DNA of 64,000 bases from Stigmatella aurantiaca DW4/3-1 (GTDB lineage: Bacteria > Myxococcota > Myxococcia > Myxococcales > Myxococcaceae): the NCBI RefSeq assembly GCF_000165485.1, contig NC_014623.1, forward strand, positions 4,914,893 through 4,978,892. The letters run 5' to 3'. Positions 53,832-62,805 of the stretch are shown here, one piece after another. The notes under the pieces are model-generated. The model did not search any database. It saw only the letters and a list, made by a program, of their open reading frames with translations, and was not told where the DNA came from. Numbering within the stretch: position 1 is the first letter of the stretch; each line of letters starts with the position of its first letter. A program made the translations under genes and the position numbers.

Positions 53832-54602
53832 ATGGGAGAGATGTCGCAGAAGTGTGCGGTGGTGACGGGAGCGGCCAACGGAATCGGGCTTGCGGTGGCG
53901 CAGGCGCTGAGCGCTCAGGGGGCCCGGGTGTTGATGGCGGATCTGGACGAGGAGCGTGGCCAGGCGGCGGCCCGTGAACTGCCAAACGCGCTCTTTCAGC
54001 GCACGGACATTGCCTCACGCGAGGATTGCCGGACCCTGGTGGCTCGCGCGGAGCGGGAGTGGGGGCGGCTGGACATCCTGGTCAACAACGCTGGCCTCCA
54101 GCATGTCTCGCCCGTGGAGGACTTTCCGGAGGATCGATGGGAGCACCTCCTGCGCATCATGCTGGTCGGCCCCTTCCTGCTGACGAAGTACGCCTTGCCG
54201 ATGATGTACGCCCGGCGCTGGGGGCGCATCATCAACATGTCCTCCCTGCATGGGCTGGTGGCCTCCCCCTACAAGTCGGCCTACGTCTCGGCGAAGCACG
54301 GCTTGATGGGGCTGACGAAGACGGTCGCGCTGGAGGCGGCGGACAAGGGGGTCACGGTGAACGCGGTCTGTCCCAGCTACGTGCGGACGCCACTGGTGGA
54401 GAAGCAGATCGCGGACCAGGCGCGGGTCCATGGGCTGTCCGAGACCGAGGTCATCGAGAAGGTGATGCTGGCGCCCGCGGCGGTGAAGCGGCTGTTGGAG
54501 CCAAGTGAGGTGGCCGCCTACGTGATGTTCCTTTGCTCCGAGGCGGCCGGGGGAGTCACGGGAGGGGCGCAGGTCATCGACTGCGGATGGACCGCGCGTT
54601 AG
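53832..54602 (+). CDS. SDR-family oxidoreductase (3-hydroxybutyrate-dehydrogenase-like)
   Basis: SD GGAGG, 'MGEMSQKCAVVTGAANGIGLAVAQAL' TGxxxGIG. 'NNAG', 'YKSAYVSAKHG' YxxxK catalytic motif. Confidence 0.85.
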   Translation: MGEMSQKCAVVTGAANGIGLAVAQALSAQGARVLMADLDEERGQAAARELPNALFQRTDIASREDCRTLVARAEREWGRLDILVNNAGLQHVSPVEDFPEDRWEHLLRIMLVGPFLLTKYALPMMYARRWGRIINMSSLHGLVASPYKSAYVSAKHGLMGLTKTVALEAADKGVTVNAVCPSYVRTPLVEKQIADQARVHGLSETEVIEKVMLAPAAVKRLLEPSEVAAYVMFLCSEAAGGVTGGAQVIDCGWTAR

Positions 54603-54614
54603 CCCGCACCCGGC

Positions 54615-55862
54615 TCACGCCGCGTCCTTCCCCGGTTCATGCTCCTGGCTCGCCGGGAGGGAGTCTTCTTCCGTGAGCTGTTCCCGGAAGGTCTCCGCGG
54701 AGAGGTACACGGAGACGAGGGTGATGAGGGCCAGCCCGACCATGTAGATGGAGATGGGCCAGGATTGGCCTTGGAACCGGGCGAGCAGCGCGGTGGCGAT
54801 GATGGGAGACAGGCCGCCGGCGAAGACCGAGGCGAGCTGATAGCCGAGCGAGGCACCGCTGTACCGGACACGGGTGCCGAACAGCTCGGAGAAGAAGCTG
54901 GCCTGAGGGCCGTACATGGCCGCGTGGGCCACGATGCCCAGGGTGATGGCCATCCAGATGAGTCCGGTCTCCTTCGTGTCGAGCAACCAGAAGAAGGGGA
55001 AGGCCAGGAGTCCACACCCCAGGGCCCCGGCCAGATACACCGGGCGGCGGCCCAGGCGGTCCGAGGCGGCTCCAAACGCGGGAATGGCCACCAGGTGGAT
55101 GCTGGTGGCCACCAGCACGCCGTTGAGCAAGGTGGACCGCGGGAGCCCCAACCGCTCGGTGCCGTAGGTGAGGACGAACGTGGTGATGATGTAGAAGAAG
55201 CCGTTCTCCGCGAAGCGCGCCCCCATGGCCAGGAGGATCTGCCGGGGGTAGGTCCGCAGCGCGTCCAGCACGGGCAGCTTGGGGGCTTCCGCGTCCTTCT
55301 TCCGGTTGCGGAAAACGGGAGACTCGGACACGCTTAGGCGGATGAACACGCCGATGCCGATGAGGACGGCGCTGAGCAGGAAGGGCACGCGCCAGCCCCA
55401 CGAGAGGAACTCGGCCTCGGGCAGGCGGGAGAAATACGAAAACACGGCGGTGGCCACCAGCAGTCCCGCGGGGGCGCCGGTCTGCGGCCAGCTCCCATAA
55501 AAGCCACGCCGATTGGCGGGGGAGTGCTCCACGGCCATCAGCACCGCGCCGCCCCACTCGCCACCCAGTCCGAACCCCTGAAGCATTCTCAGGAGCACCA
55601 GGAGCGCTGGGGCCCAAGGGCCAATCGTCTCGTACGTGGGCAGCAATCCCACGAAGAACGTCGCCGCCCCCATGATCATCAGGGTGGCGCTCAGCATGGC
55701 CTTGCGGCCCAGCTTGTCGCCGAAATGGCCGAACACCACCCCTCCCAGCGGACGGGCGATGAAGCCGACGGCAAAGGTGGCGAAGGCCGCCATCGTTCCC
55801 GTGAGCGGATCAAACGACGGGAAGAACAATCGGTTGAAGACGAGCGCCGCCGCGGTGCCGTA
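54615..55862 (-). pseudogene. 3' (major) fragment of an MHS-family MFS transporter gene (KgtP/ProP/ShiA-like), separated from its 5' end by a 5.4 kb insertion
   Basis: Begins mid-motif '...YGTAAALVFNRLFFPSFDPLTGTMAAFATFAVGFIARPLGGVVFGHFGDKLGRK' and continues as a complete 12-TM body. The track ORF's upstream 200 codons are R-rich read-through of the inserted DNA. Confidence 0.75.
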
Positions 55863-55865
55863 GAG

Positions 55866-56711
55866 ATGGCAAATAGGCCTGGAGAAGCGGTGCCATGGAG
55901 GGGAGCAAGCGAGACAGGAGGCGAGAAGGCAGCCCCCAGCAGTCCGGGGGAGAGCAAGACGTCCAGTCCGGCTGACGTCTCGCCGGGTAGCGTGTCGGAC
56001 GTCCCCGAGCGGAGCCCCCGGAGCGAAGCGGAGGGGGCGCAGCGAGGCCTGAGCGAGGCGGGATGGCTCGGACTGCTTGCCGGGGTGTTCCTTGCCGTTG
56101 GTCTCGTGGCCGTGTGGGTCGCTGCCGTGGCTGTTCTCGCGGTGGTTGTGCTCGTCACCACGGCGGCGGCGCGCGTCCGCATGCTCGTGGGCTGCGCGTG
56201 GCGAGGCCCTAGGGAACTGGCAGCGCGTGTCCGTGCGCGCGTGCTGCTGGCGTGGTGGGGCCGACGATGGCCGCCCCTGCCCCAGCGGCCGAGCCTCACG
56301 CCGTGCAGGCAGTGCGGAGCAGTGCTGCCCTACGCGTGCGCCACGCCGCTGTGTGACGAGTGCTTGAGCCAGCCGACGCGGGAGGAGTTGCGGCAGGAAC
56401 TTAGGTTTGCGCGTGGCCTGCTTCAGCTCGCGCACGGCGCGGCCATGTCCTGGCGCGCGGCCATGGACCGGACGGCCAGGGCCAATCACTGGTGGCAGGA
56501 CCGCTACCGCCGCGCCGCGCTGGAACTGCGGCGCCGCAGACGCGAGGACGCGGAACCGGAGACGCGCCGCAAGCTGGACAAAGCGCGGGAGAGCCGCCGC
56601 GCGGTGCTGCGCTGGGCAGGAGCGTGGCGGCGGCTCGCGTTCGCGCAGCGCAAGAAAGCCAGGGAGACTGAGCAGACAGTCTGGAGTCTGACGGCAGAAG
56701 TCTCGCGGTAA
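55866..56711 (+). CDS. Island-borne hypothetical protein (S/P-rich N-terminus, TM segment, CxxC...CxxC zinc-ribbon, Arg-rich coiled-coil), 3'-truncated by IS66
   Basis: ATG sits 1-3 nt inside the island's left junction. 'CRQCGAVLPYACATPLCDEC'. The TAA stop is supplied by the first bases of the IS66 left inverted repeat (cgGTAAGCC). Confidence 0.5.
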   Translation: MANRPGEAVPWRGASETGGEKAAPSSPGESKTSSPADVSPGSVSDVPERSPRSEAEGAQRGLSEAGWLGLLAGVFLAVGLVAVWVAAVAVLAVVVLVTTAAARVRMLVGCAWRGPRELAARVRARVLLAWWGRRWPPLPQRPSLTPCRQCGAVLPYACATPLCDECLSQPTREELRQELRFARGLLQLAHGAAMSWRAAMDRTARANHWWQDRYRRAALELRRRRREDAEPETRRKLDKARESRRAVLRWAGAWRRLAFAQRKKARETEQTVWSLTAEVSR

Positions 56712-56789
56712 GCCTCCGCTCCGACCCAGGGTGTCGTAGGGCGAAGAGCGTGGCAGGAAGGGAGGGTGAGAGAAGGAGAGTCGACGAGC

Positions 56790-58451
56790 CTATCGCTGCT
56801 GAGCTGGTTGCTGTGCCCACGCCTCGGGGAGGAGCTCCGCGATGCGAGAGGCGGGGAAGAGGGTGTCACCGAGTTTGGGCAACACGTCGCGAAAGTAAGC
56901 CCAGGGGTCCATCTCCAGCCGATAGCAGCTGAGGACCAGGGAATAGACAGCCGCCGCGCGGTGGCCTGCGGCGTCGCTGCCCAGGAAGAGCCAGTTCTTC
57001 CTGCCGAGGACAATCAGCTTGATGAGCCGTTCGGCCTCTCCATTGTCCAGAGGCACGCGTCCATCCTCGAGGAAGCGGCCCAAGGGGACAGAGCGGTGGA
57101 GCGCATAGGCAATGGCCTTACCCAGCGGCGTTTTCGGGGGCACGTGAGGAGCCCAATCCGTCAGCAAACCGAAGAGTTCGAGACAGACCGGAGCGCTCTT
57201 CTCCAAGCGCAGCGCCAGCCGGGCTTGGCAGGACAGACTGGCTTGGGTGGCTTGGCGTTCCACGGCATACAGTTTCTGCACGAGGGCCAGCACTGTGCTG
57301 CCACGCGCGTCACCTGCCAGGTGAGCACGCTCGAAGCCACGCCGGGCGTGCATCCAACATCCCACCTCGGTGCGAGGCGAAGCGTGGCCGAAGAGCGCCT
57401 GGTAGCCTTTGTAGCCGTCCACCACGAGATAGCCCTGGAAGTTGGCCAGCACCGCCTGGGGCCCCTGGCTACTCCAATCCGGTGTGTACTCGACGAAGAG
57501 ATTGCCGCCCTGGCCGATGTAAGGCCAGAGGTGGCCGCGCTTGACGCCACGCGCGTCCTCCTTGTCCAGCACTCGCACCCCGGTGTCATCAGTATGCAGC
57601 AGGAAGTCACTGAGCGTTCGGCGCTTGAGCAGCGCCACCAGGGGCACCAGCAAGTCGCTGGCACCGGCCACCCAGTCGCCCAGGGTGGAAGGCGGCAGCT
57701 TCACCCCATACCGTTTATCGAAAATGGCCTGCTGGCGGTGCACCGGTAGGCCGTCTCGGTACTTGCCTACCAACAGCTGCGCCAGCAGGCCGGGGCCCGG
57801 CAACGCTCCTGGCAGCGGCGTCTCGCCCGCGGGGGCGGCCACCACACCCTCCTTACAGCGAGCACACGCCAGCTTGGGCCGCTTCTCCACTCGCACATAG
57901 AAGCGCGCGGGCTCCAATTCCAACCGCTGGCTGACTTCCTGGCCAATGCTCTTCCTGGGCTGACCGCATTCAGGACACGTACACTCTTCGGCAGAAGGCT
58001 CCACCTGCACCTCGCGCCGCTCCAGGTGGGCCGGCAGCGCCTTGGCGCCGCGCGCCAGGACACGCCGGGGCGGCTTCTTCGGCGCCTGCTCCGGCGGGGC
58101 GGCTGGGGCCGCCGCAGGCGCTTGCGCTCCGCTGTCGGCCTCGGGCGGGCCAGGCGGCGGCTGGGTGAGCAGTGACAGCAGCAGTTGCAGGGAACTGGCG
58201 GGGGTCTTCTCACTCCTGCGCCCGTACAGTTGCCTCAACGCCTCCTTCAGCCTCATCGCCGTGCTGGAATGCTCCTCGCGCAGCCTTCCTAAAAGGCCCA
58301 GCAACAACTCGATGGCCTCCTCACCTCGGCCCTCCTCCAGCAACTGCCGCATGTACGCACGCACCGCCTCCATGTCACTGGCTTCGCCGGGGGGCTCCGG
58401 TCTCGGCTCCGGCCCGGCCCCCTGCTCCTGGACTGTTGTGGGCCTGCTCAT
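56790..58451 (-). CDS. IS66-family transposase (TnpC)
   Basis: 553 aa with N-terminal leucine-zipper-like region and zinc finger 'CTCPECGQPRKSIGQEVSQRLELEPARFYVRVEKRPKLACARC'. DDE domain 'GHLWPYIGQ...LVVDGYKGY'. Confidence 0.85.
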   Translation of the reverse strand: MSRPTTVQEQGAGPEPRPEPPGEASDMEAVRAYMRQLLEEGRGEEAIELLLGLLGRLREEHSSTAMRLKEALRQLYGRRSEKTPASSLQLLLSLLTQPPPGPPEADSGAQAPAAAPAAPPEQAPKKPPRRVLARGAKALPAHLERREVQVEPSAEECTCPECGQPRKSIGQEVSQRLELEPARFYVRVEKRPKLACARCKEGVVAAPAGETPLPGALPGPGLLAQLLVGKYRDGLPVHRQQAIFDKRYGVKLPPSTLGDWVAGASDLLVPLVALLKRRTLSDFLLHTDDTGVRVLDKEDARGVKRGHLWPYIGQGGNLFVEYTPDWSSQGPQAVLANFQGYLVVDGYKGYQALFGHASPRTEVGCWMHARRGFERAHLAGDARGSTVLALVQKLYAVERQATQASLSCQARLALRLEKSAPVCLELFGLLTDWAPHVPPKTPLGKAIAYALHRSVPLGRFLEDGRVPLDNGEAERLIKLIVLGRKNWLFLGSDAAGHRAAAVYSLVLSCYRLEMDPWAYFRDVLPKLGDTLFPASRIAELLPEAWAQQPAQQR

Positions 58452-58495
58452 GCCCCAGGTATGCTACGTCCCAGGTAGGGTGCGCAACTGAAGAC

Positions 58496-58840
58496 TCAAT
58501 GCACCGGCCTCTGGCGCACCCCGCTGCCTGTCTCTACCAGGGCCAGCACTTCGGCCAGTTGCCTCGCCTCCAGGTGCACCGCTCCCTGGCCTTCTACCGG
58601 CTCAGGCACCCGGAAGCGTCCTGCCTCCAGTCTCTTGCTCACCGTGCAATATCCATTCGTCTCCCAGAACAGAATCCTCACGAAATCTCTCCTTCGCGAG
58701 AAGAAGACAAACAGGTGGCCAGACTTCGGCGCCTGGCCCAAGCTTCCCTCCACCAGTGCGCTCAACCCGTCGGCCTGCTTTCTCATGTCGCACGGCGCCG
58801 TCGCCACCCAGATTTTCACCCCCTCCGGCAGTCTCAGCAT
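58496..58840 (-). CDS. IS66 Orf2 (TnpB) accessory protein
   Basis: 'MLRLPEGVKIWVATAPCDMRKQADGLSALVEGSLGQAPKSGHLFVFFSRRRDFVRILFWETNGYCTVSKRLEAG' is the diagnostic IS66 TnpB. Confidence 0.85.
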   Translation of the reverse strand: MLRLPEGVKIWVATAPCDMRKQADGLSALVEGSLGQAPKSGHLFVFFSRRRDFVRILFWETNGYCTVSKRLEAGRFRVPEPVEGQGAVHLEARQLAEVLALVETGSGVRQRPVH

Positions 58841-59229
58841 CCTTGCACCCGCTGGAGAGCTCTCAGCACCCGCTCCACCAACTCCTGGCTGGCTCCCCCC
58901 TCCACCCTCACCCTCACTCCCTTCACTTCCACCACTACCGCCTCCCCAACTCCCTGCCTCCTTTGACTCGGTGCCTCCGGCGTCACCTCCACCGGCACGA
59001 AGCCCATTGCAGGTTTCTCTTTCTGCTCCCACTCTGCGCGCCTCCTCGACCAGAATCGCAGCCTCTCTCGGGGCAGCCCGTGCTTGCGCATGAACGCGCT
59101 CTGCGCTCCTCCTTCCTTCTGCCAGGCTCGTACCACCTCGGCTGCTATTTCCGGCGTCCACCTCGGTTGTCGGGCCGCTGCCAACCACCCTGGCTCTTCT
59201 GTCTTTGTCGTCTCTGCGCTGGTCGTCAT
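58834..59229 (-). CDS. IS66 Orf1 (TnpA, HTH)
   Basis: 131 aa '...WTPEIAAEVVRAWQKEGGAQSAFMRKHGLPRERLRFWSRRR...' is IS3/IS66-type HTH_Tnp_1. Overlaps tnpB start. Confidence 0.8.
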   Translation of the reverse strand: MTTSAETTKTEEPGWLAAARQPRWTPEIAAEVVRAWQKEGGAQSAFMRKHGLPRERLRFWSRRRAEWEQKEKPAMGFVPVEVTPEAPSQRRQGVGEAVVVEVKGVRVRVEGGASQELVERVLRALQRVQGC

Positions 59230-59290
59230 CGTCCGCTCACTCTGGCGACTCTCTCCCTTCTGCGCGACATGGGCGGGAGCGGAGGCTTAC

Positions 59291-59428
59291 GCTGCCTCGT
59301 ACGCCGCACCGGACGCCTTCGAGACCGCGCGCCAGCAAGCTCACGCCACCTGCGCGGAACTGGTGCGCAAGCACCTGCCGTGGAAACTGGTCGAGGCTGC
59401 GTTGACGACGCGTGGGGGGGCCTCATGA
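59291..59428 (+). pseudogene. 3' remnant of the IS66-interrupted island gene
   Basis: In-frame open segment '(AA)SYAAPDAFETARQQAHATCAELVRKHLPWKLVEAALTTRGGAS*' begins right at the IS66 right end. Its stop overlaps the next ATG (ATGA). Confidence 0.45.
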
Positions 59429-59832
59429 CTCCCGCCTTCTGTCGCCTGTGCGGCAAGCCGCTGGAGACGATGGAGGCGCGGCATCGCGGCGTCCACTTCG
59501 AATGCCCCGACGACGAAGCCGCACCGGAGAAGCCGGGCGAGGCGCGGCTGCTCAACGCCCCCGCCACCTGGGTCTGCTTGCCTCTCTTTCGCGCGGTGGC
59601 TCAGGCGCGGCTGGCGGCGTCGCATCTGGCCCAAACGGTGACGCACCTGGAGCGGGCGCGGGCGTTCCTCGCCCAGGTGCAGGGCGAGCACGTGCCGGAC
59701 GTCTCTAGCGCGCGCCTCGCGTTCAGTGCGCACGCGCTGGATGCGGCGGTGTTGCGCGTGAGCCTGGAGGAGATGGCGCAAGGTCTGGAGACGGAAGCCG
59801 AGACCACGGCCGGGAAGGCAGGCCGCCCATGA
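59425..59832 (+). CDS. Small zinc-ribbon protein (135 aa)
   Basis: 'MTPAFCRLCGKPLETMEARHRGVHFECPDD'. Translationally coupled on both sides (ATGA overlaps at 59425 and 59829). Confidence 0.55.
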   Translation: MTPAFCRLCGKPLETMEARHRGVHFECPDDEAAPEKPGEARLLNAPATWVCLPLFRAVAQARLAASHLAQTVTHLERARAFLAQVQGEHVPDVSSARLAFSAHALDAAVLRVSLEEMAQGLETEAETTAGKAGRP

Positions 59833-61316
59833 ACCTCCATCTCCACGAGCGAGCCGCGCGGCGTGCGGACCTGGAACGGCAGGCGCACGCGGAGCGTGTG
59901 GAACGCCAGAAACGGAAGGAAGCCGAAAAGAGAGACGCAGGCGGTGCCGCTCATCGAGCGCGCCGAGGAGCCGAGCGGCGAGAGCCGCTGTGCGCTGACG
60001 CCGTGCGAGCGCCGCCAGCCGGGCCCGTGGCCCGGTGCCTGCACAGTGCGGTTCGCCAACACCGAGGACGCCAGCAGCAGCGCACGCAACGAGACCTGGA
60101 GCGCACGATGACGCGGAAGACGAAGGCGAAGCCAAAGCCGAGAAAGGGGGACCCGAGACAGGAGGAGCTGCCAATCACGGAGACGCCCACCCTTGAGGCT
60201 CTCTTTGAGTGGTACGAGAAAGAGCGGCTCTGCCACCAGAAGCGCAATACGCGAGACGCCTACAAGACGAGCTTCCGTGCAGCGCTCAAGCGGTTTGGAA
60301 AGCATGGGAAGCCGTCGAAAGGGCAAGTGCAGGGCTGGCTGTCGGAGAGGGTTCGGAAGGCGGAAATTCTACCGTCAACAGCGAACGTTGTTCGCGCTCA
60401 CCTCCACCGCGTCTATGCACTGGCCCGGGATCTTCGGTGGCCGCTGCTCCTCAATGTCGCGGCCTTCCCGTGCTTCCCTGACGTGCCGAAAAAGCCAGAG
60501 GGGCTTAGGGATACCTACCGCACGTGGCCAATGCTCCTTGCCTGCATGCCCGACGCGCGTGCGCGTGCGTTTCTGTCGTTCCAGAGGTGGGAGGGTCTTC
60601 GGGTGTCTGAAGTCTTGGGGCTGGAGTGGAAGCACGTGAAGTGGGATGCGGAGGGCGGGCCTCAAGTTATTGTGGAGCAGCAGCGGAGCGCACGCCGCAC
60701 GGTTCCGGGGACGCTGAAGAACGATGCGGCCCCTGCCGCGTTCCCCCTGTCGGACGAGACGGTACGCCTGTTGCGCGAGCTGCGGCGTGATTTCATGGCC
60801 GCGCGGCCCATGCTCGGGGCGGTGCGCTCGGGATTGGCTGGGCGCCGTCCCTGCCGAGATGGTGCGGTGCGCAGCTACGTGTTCCCGTACTTCATGGCCC
60901 ACGTGCTCATCATCGGGCGCCGTCTCGGCCTGACTGCGCCAGAAGAGTTCCCGGAGGGTATTCGCGGACTGCGCGCACCGAAGCGCTTCCACCGGCTGCG
61001 CCACACGTTCGGCACGGAGACCGTAAACACGGTCGGGGTGGAGGTGGCCAAGGGGCTGCTGAGGCACAAGTTCATCAACACCACCGTCCTCTATGCGGAC
61101 GCGGTGCGTGGAAGGGTGCTCGACAAGGACGCGCTCAAGAAAGTGCGGCGGGAGGCTCAGGCCCGCCAAGCGCAGGCAGTGGAGGAGGCCTCCGGGGCTA
61201 TTTCCTTGAGCGGAAAGGCAAATGGGACCGGAGGGGTATCAGAGGCAGTGAAACCGCGTAGTTACGGCGAGGGGTATTCAGGAAGAAGTCGTACCACTCG
61301 ATGGCGGTTCCAATGA
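59829..61316 (+). CDS. Tyrosine-type site-specific recombinase (phage-integrase family)
   Basis: Catalytic-domain motifs '...LRVSEVLGLEW...HRLRHTFGTE...LLRHKFINTTVLYADAV' (R...HxxR...Y). Arg-rich N-terminal extension. Alternative start MTRKTKAK at 60108. Last about 12 codons read into the flanking MHS gene antisense. Confidence 0.8.
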   Translation: MNLHLHERAARRADLERQAHAERVERQKRKEAEKRDAGGAAHRARRGAERREPLCADAVRAPPAGPVARCLHSAVRQHRGRQQQRTQRDLERTMTRKTKAKPKPRKGDPRQEELPITETPTLEALFEWYEKERLCHQKRNTRDAYKTSFRAALKRFGKHGKPSKGQVQGWLSERVRKAEILPSTANVVRAHLHRVYALARDLRWPLLLNVAAFPCFPDVPKKPEGLRDTYRTWPMLLACMPDARARAFLSFQRWEGLRVSEVLGLEWKHVKWDAEGGPQVIVEQQRSARRTVPGTLKNDAAPAAFPLSDETVRLLRELRRDFMAARPMLGAVRSGLAGRRPCRDGAVRSYVFPYFMAHVLIIGRRLGLTAPEEFPEGIRGLRAPKRFHRLRHTFGTETVNTVGVEVAKGLLRHKFINTTVLYADAVRGRVLDKDALKKVRREAQARQAQAVEEASGAISLSGKANGTGGVSEAVKPRSYGEGYSGRSRTTRWRFQ

Positions 61317-61383
61317 AGCTGGCCACGGCCACCTTTAGGATGGAATTCCGTGAGTCCGGAGGGGACGCTGCGTCGCTGCTCAT
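61279..61383 (-). pseudogene. 5' fragment of the MHS transporter gene
   Basis: 'MSSDAASPPDSRNSILKVAVASFIGTAIEWYDFFL' is the canonical MHS N-terminus (AIEWYDFF). It stops being transporter-like exactly after FFL, where the continuation ...YGTAAALVF is found at 55862. Confidence 0.7.
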
Positions 61384-61407
61384 GTGGAACTCCTGACGGG
61401 AGGCTCG

Positions 61408-62805
61408 TCAGCTCCAAGGGATGCGGCACATTGCCTGAGTTCCCGTGCGTCTGTCATGGATGGCTTGGTAGATTCGGGACATCCAGAAGTTCGTGCGCCG
61501 GTGGTCTTCCAGCTCGGAGCCGCTGGGGTGCCCCTGGAGGAACGCCTCCAGCAGCGCCAGGCGGGCCTGTTCGTTGTGTCCGGCGGGCTGGGCCGCCTTG
61601 CCAAACTCGAGCTTCTCGAAGTGGGGGCCCCCGACGGCATCCGAGTTGCGAAACACATAGACGTCGAAGTGGTCCAGATGTCCCGGTCCGTAGGCGGGCT
61701 GCACGCGATGATCCCGCGTCTCGTAGGACTGGTAGGAGTGGACTTGCAGGTTGAGCAGCGGCCCCACCTGAAGGTTCATGCGCTCATGCCGGACGCGCCC
61801 GGCCCCTTTGTAGGGATCCGAAGGGGGGGCGGGAGAGGCGCGGCGCGAGAAGGAGTTCTGGAGCAGCTGAAGGGAGACCAGGGTCTGGACGGTCTCGCCC
61901 GTGAGGATCCGTCCCATGAGGGTGAGGTCCATCTCTCCGTGAGTCTCGACGGGGACCGGCGTGGGAACCTGCTCCGGGCCGAACAGCCGCTCGTAACGCC
62001 CCTCCAGGAGGGCGAGGAAGTCCTTTGGCTCGAAGGTCTGCACCTGGAATTCCAGCTGACGGGCGGCGGGTTTCGCGCGCTGGTTGCTCTCCAGCAGCCA
62101 GGAGCACAGGTCCACGAAGTGGTACCCCGAGTGCAACAGCTTGCCCGTGCGGTGCTTGTAAGCGTGGTGCTCGCGGTCCCACTCATCCGGCATCACCCAC
62201 ATGCCGTCGGCGTGGTAGAGGTCCAGGAAGGAGACGGGCACCCCATACTCCTGGAGGAAGTCGTCGAGGTAGCGCTTGATGAAGCCATAGCCTGCGTGCA
62301 TGCGGCGTTGGGCTTGCACCACCAGGCGGGCGCGTGAGGCGGCGAGCGCCTGGGCGATCTCCTCGAAGTCCTTCCAGAGCGCTTGGGCAACATCCTCGGT
62401 GCTGGCGGCATGGGCCGGGGCGGTGATGGGCTTGTCGAGCAGGATGTGAACACCGCTTTGGAGTGCCCACATCACGTAGCGTTTGTGAGCGCGCGGTTCG
62501 GTGGAAATGATCACGCCATCCAGCAGCCCGGCGGCGCGCAGCTTGGTGAGGTGCGTGAGAAGTTCCTCTGGCAAGGCGTCCGAGTCGAGGCTGGGCTCGG
62601 TGAAGAGGAGCTGGGTGGGTGCCACTCGCCGCTGGGCGAGGTAGCCGCGCACGGCGTCGCTGTGGGTGTGCAGATCCACGACCGCGCTGATGCGGATGCG
62701 GCCTTGGAGCGCGGCCTCCTCGAGCCAGGGGTAATAGACGCGGCGGGCATGCCATCCGAGGCCGATGAGCACGACGTGGCGGATGGGCTCTTGAAGAGAG
62801 CTCAC
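61408..62805 (-). CDS. Gfo/Idh/MocA-family NAD(P)-dependent oxidoreductase
   Basis: 'RHVVLIGLGWHARRVYYPWL' Rossmann N-terminus, 465 aa. ATGA overlap with the upstream gene. Confidence 0.8.
   Translation of the reverse strand: MSSLQEPIRHVVLIGLGWHARRVYYPWLEEAALQGRIRISAVVDLHTHSDAVRGYLAQRRVAPTQLLFTEPSLDSDALPEELLTHLTKLRAAGLLDGVIISTEPRAHKRYVMWALQSGVHILLDKPITAPAHAASTEDVAQALWKDFEEIAQALAASRARLVVQAQRRMHAGYGFIKRYLDDFLQEYGVPVSFLDLYHADGMWVMPDEWDREHHAYKHRTGKLLHSGYHFVDLCSWLLESNQRAKPAARQLEFQVQTFEPKDFLALLEGRYERLFGPEQVPTPVPVETHGEMDLTLMGRILTGETVQTLVSLQLLQNSFSRRASPAPPSDPYKGAGRVRHERMNLQVGPLLNLQVHSYQSYETRDHRVQPAYGPGHLDHFDVYVFRNSDAVGGPHFEKLEFGKAAQPAGHNEQARLALLEAFLQGHPSGSELEDHRRTNFWMSRIYQAIHDRRTGTQAMCRIPWS

Larger units (their letters stand above)
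56708..59290 (-). mobile_element. IS66-family insertion sequence (2583 bp) with 15-bp perfect terminal inverted repeats GTAAGCCTCCGCTCC
   Basis: Left end 'GTAAGCCTCCGCTCCgaccca' at 56708. Right end is the reverse complement 'tgggcgGGAGCGGAGGCTTAC' ending 59290. Carries the canonical three ORFs. Flanks 'gtctcgcg' / 'gctgcctc' show no clear 8-bp TSD. Confidence 0.8.

Noticed and set aside
55863-56489. N-terminal 200 codons of the 54615..56489 'MFS' ORF
   Set aside because: R-rich read-through into the inserted island, antisense to gene 55866..56711. The real transporter resumes at ...YGTAAALVF.
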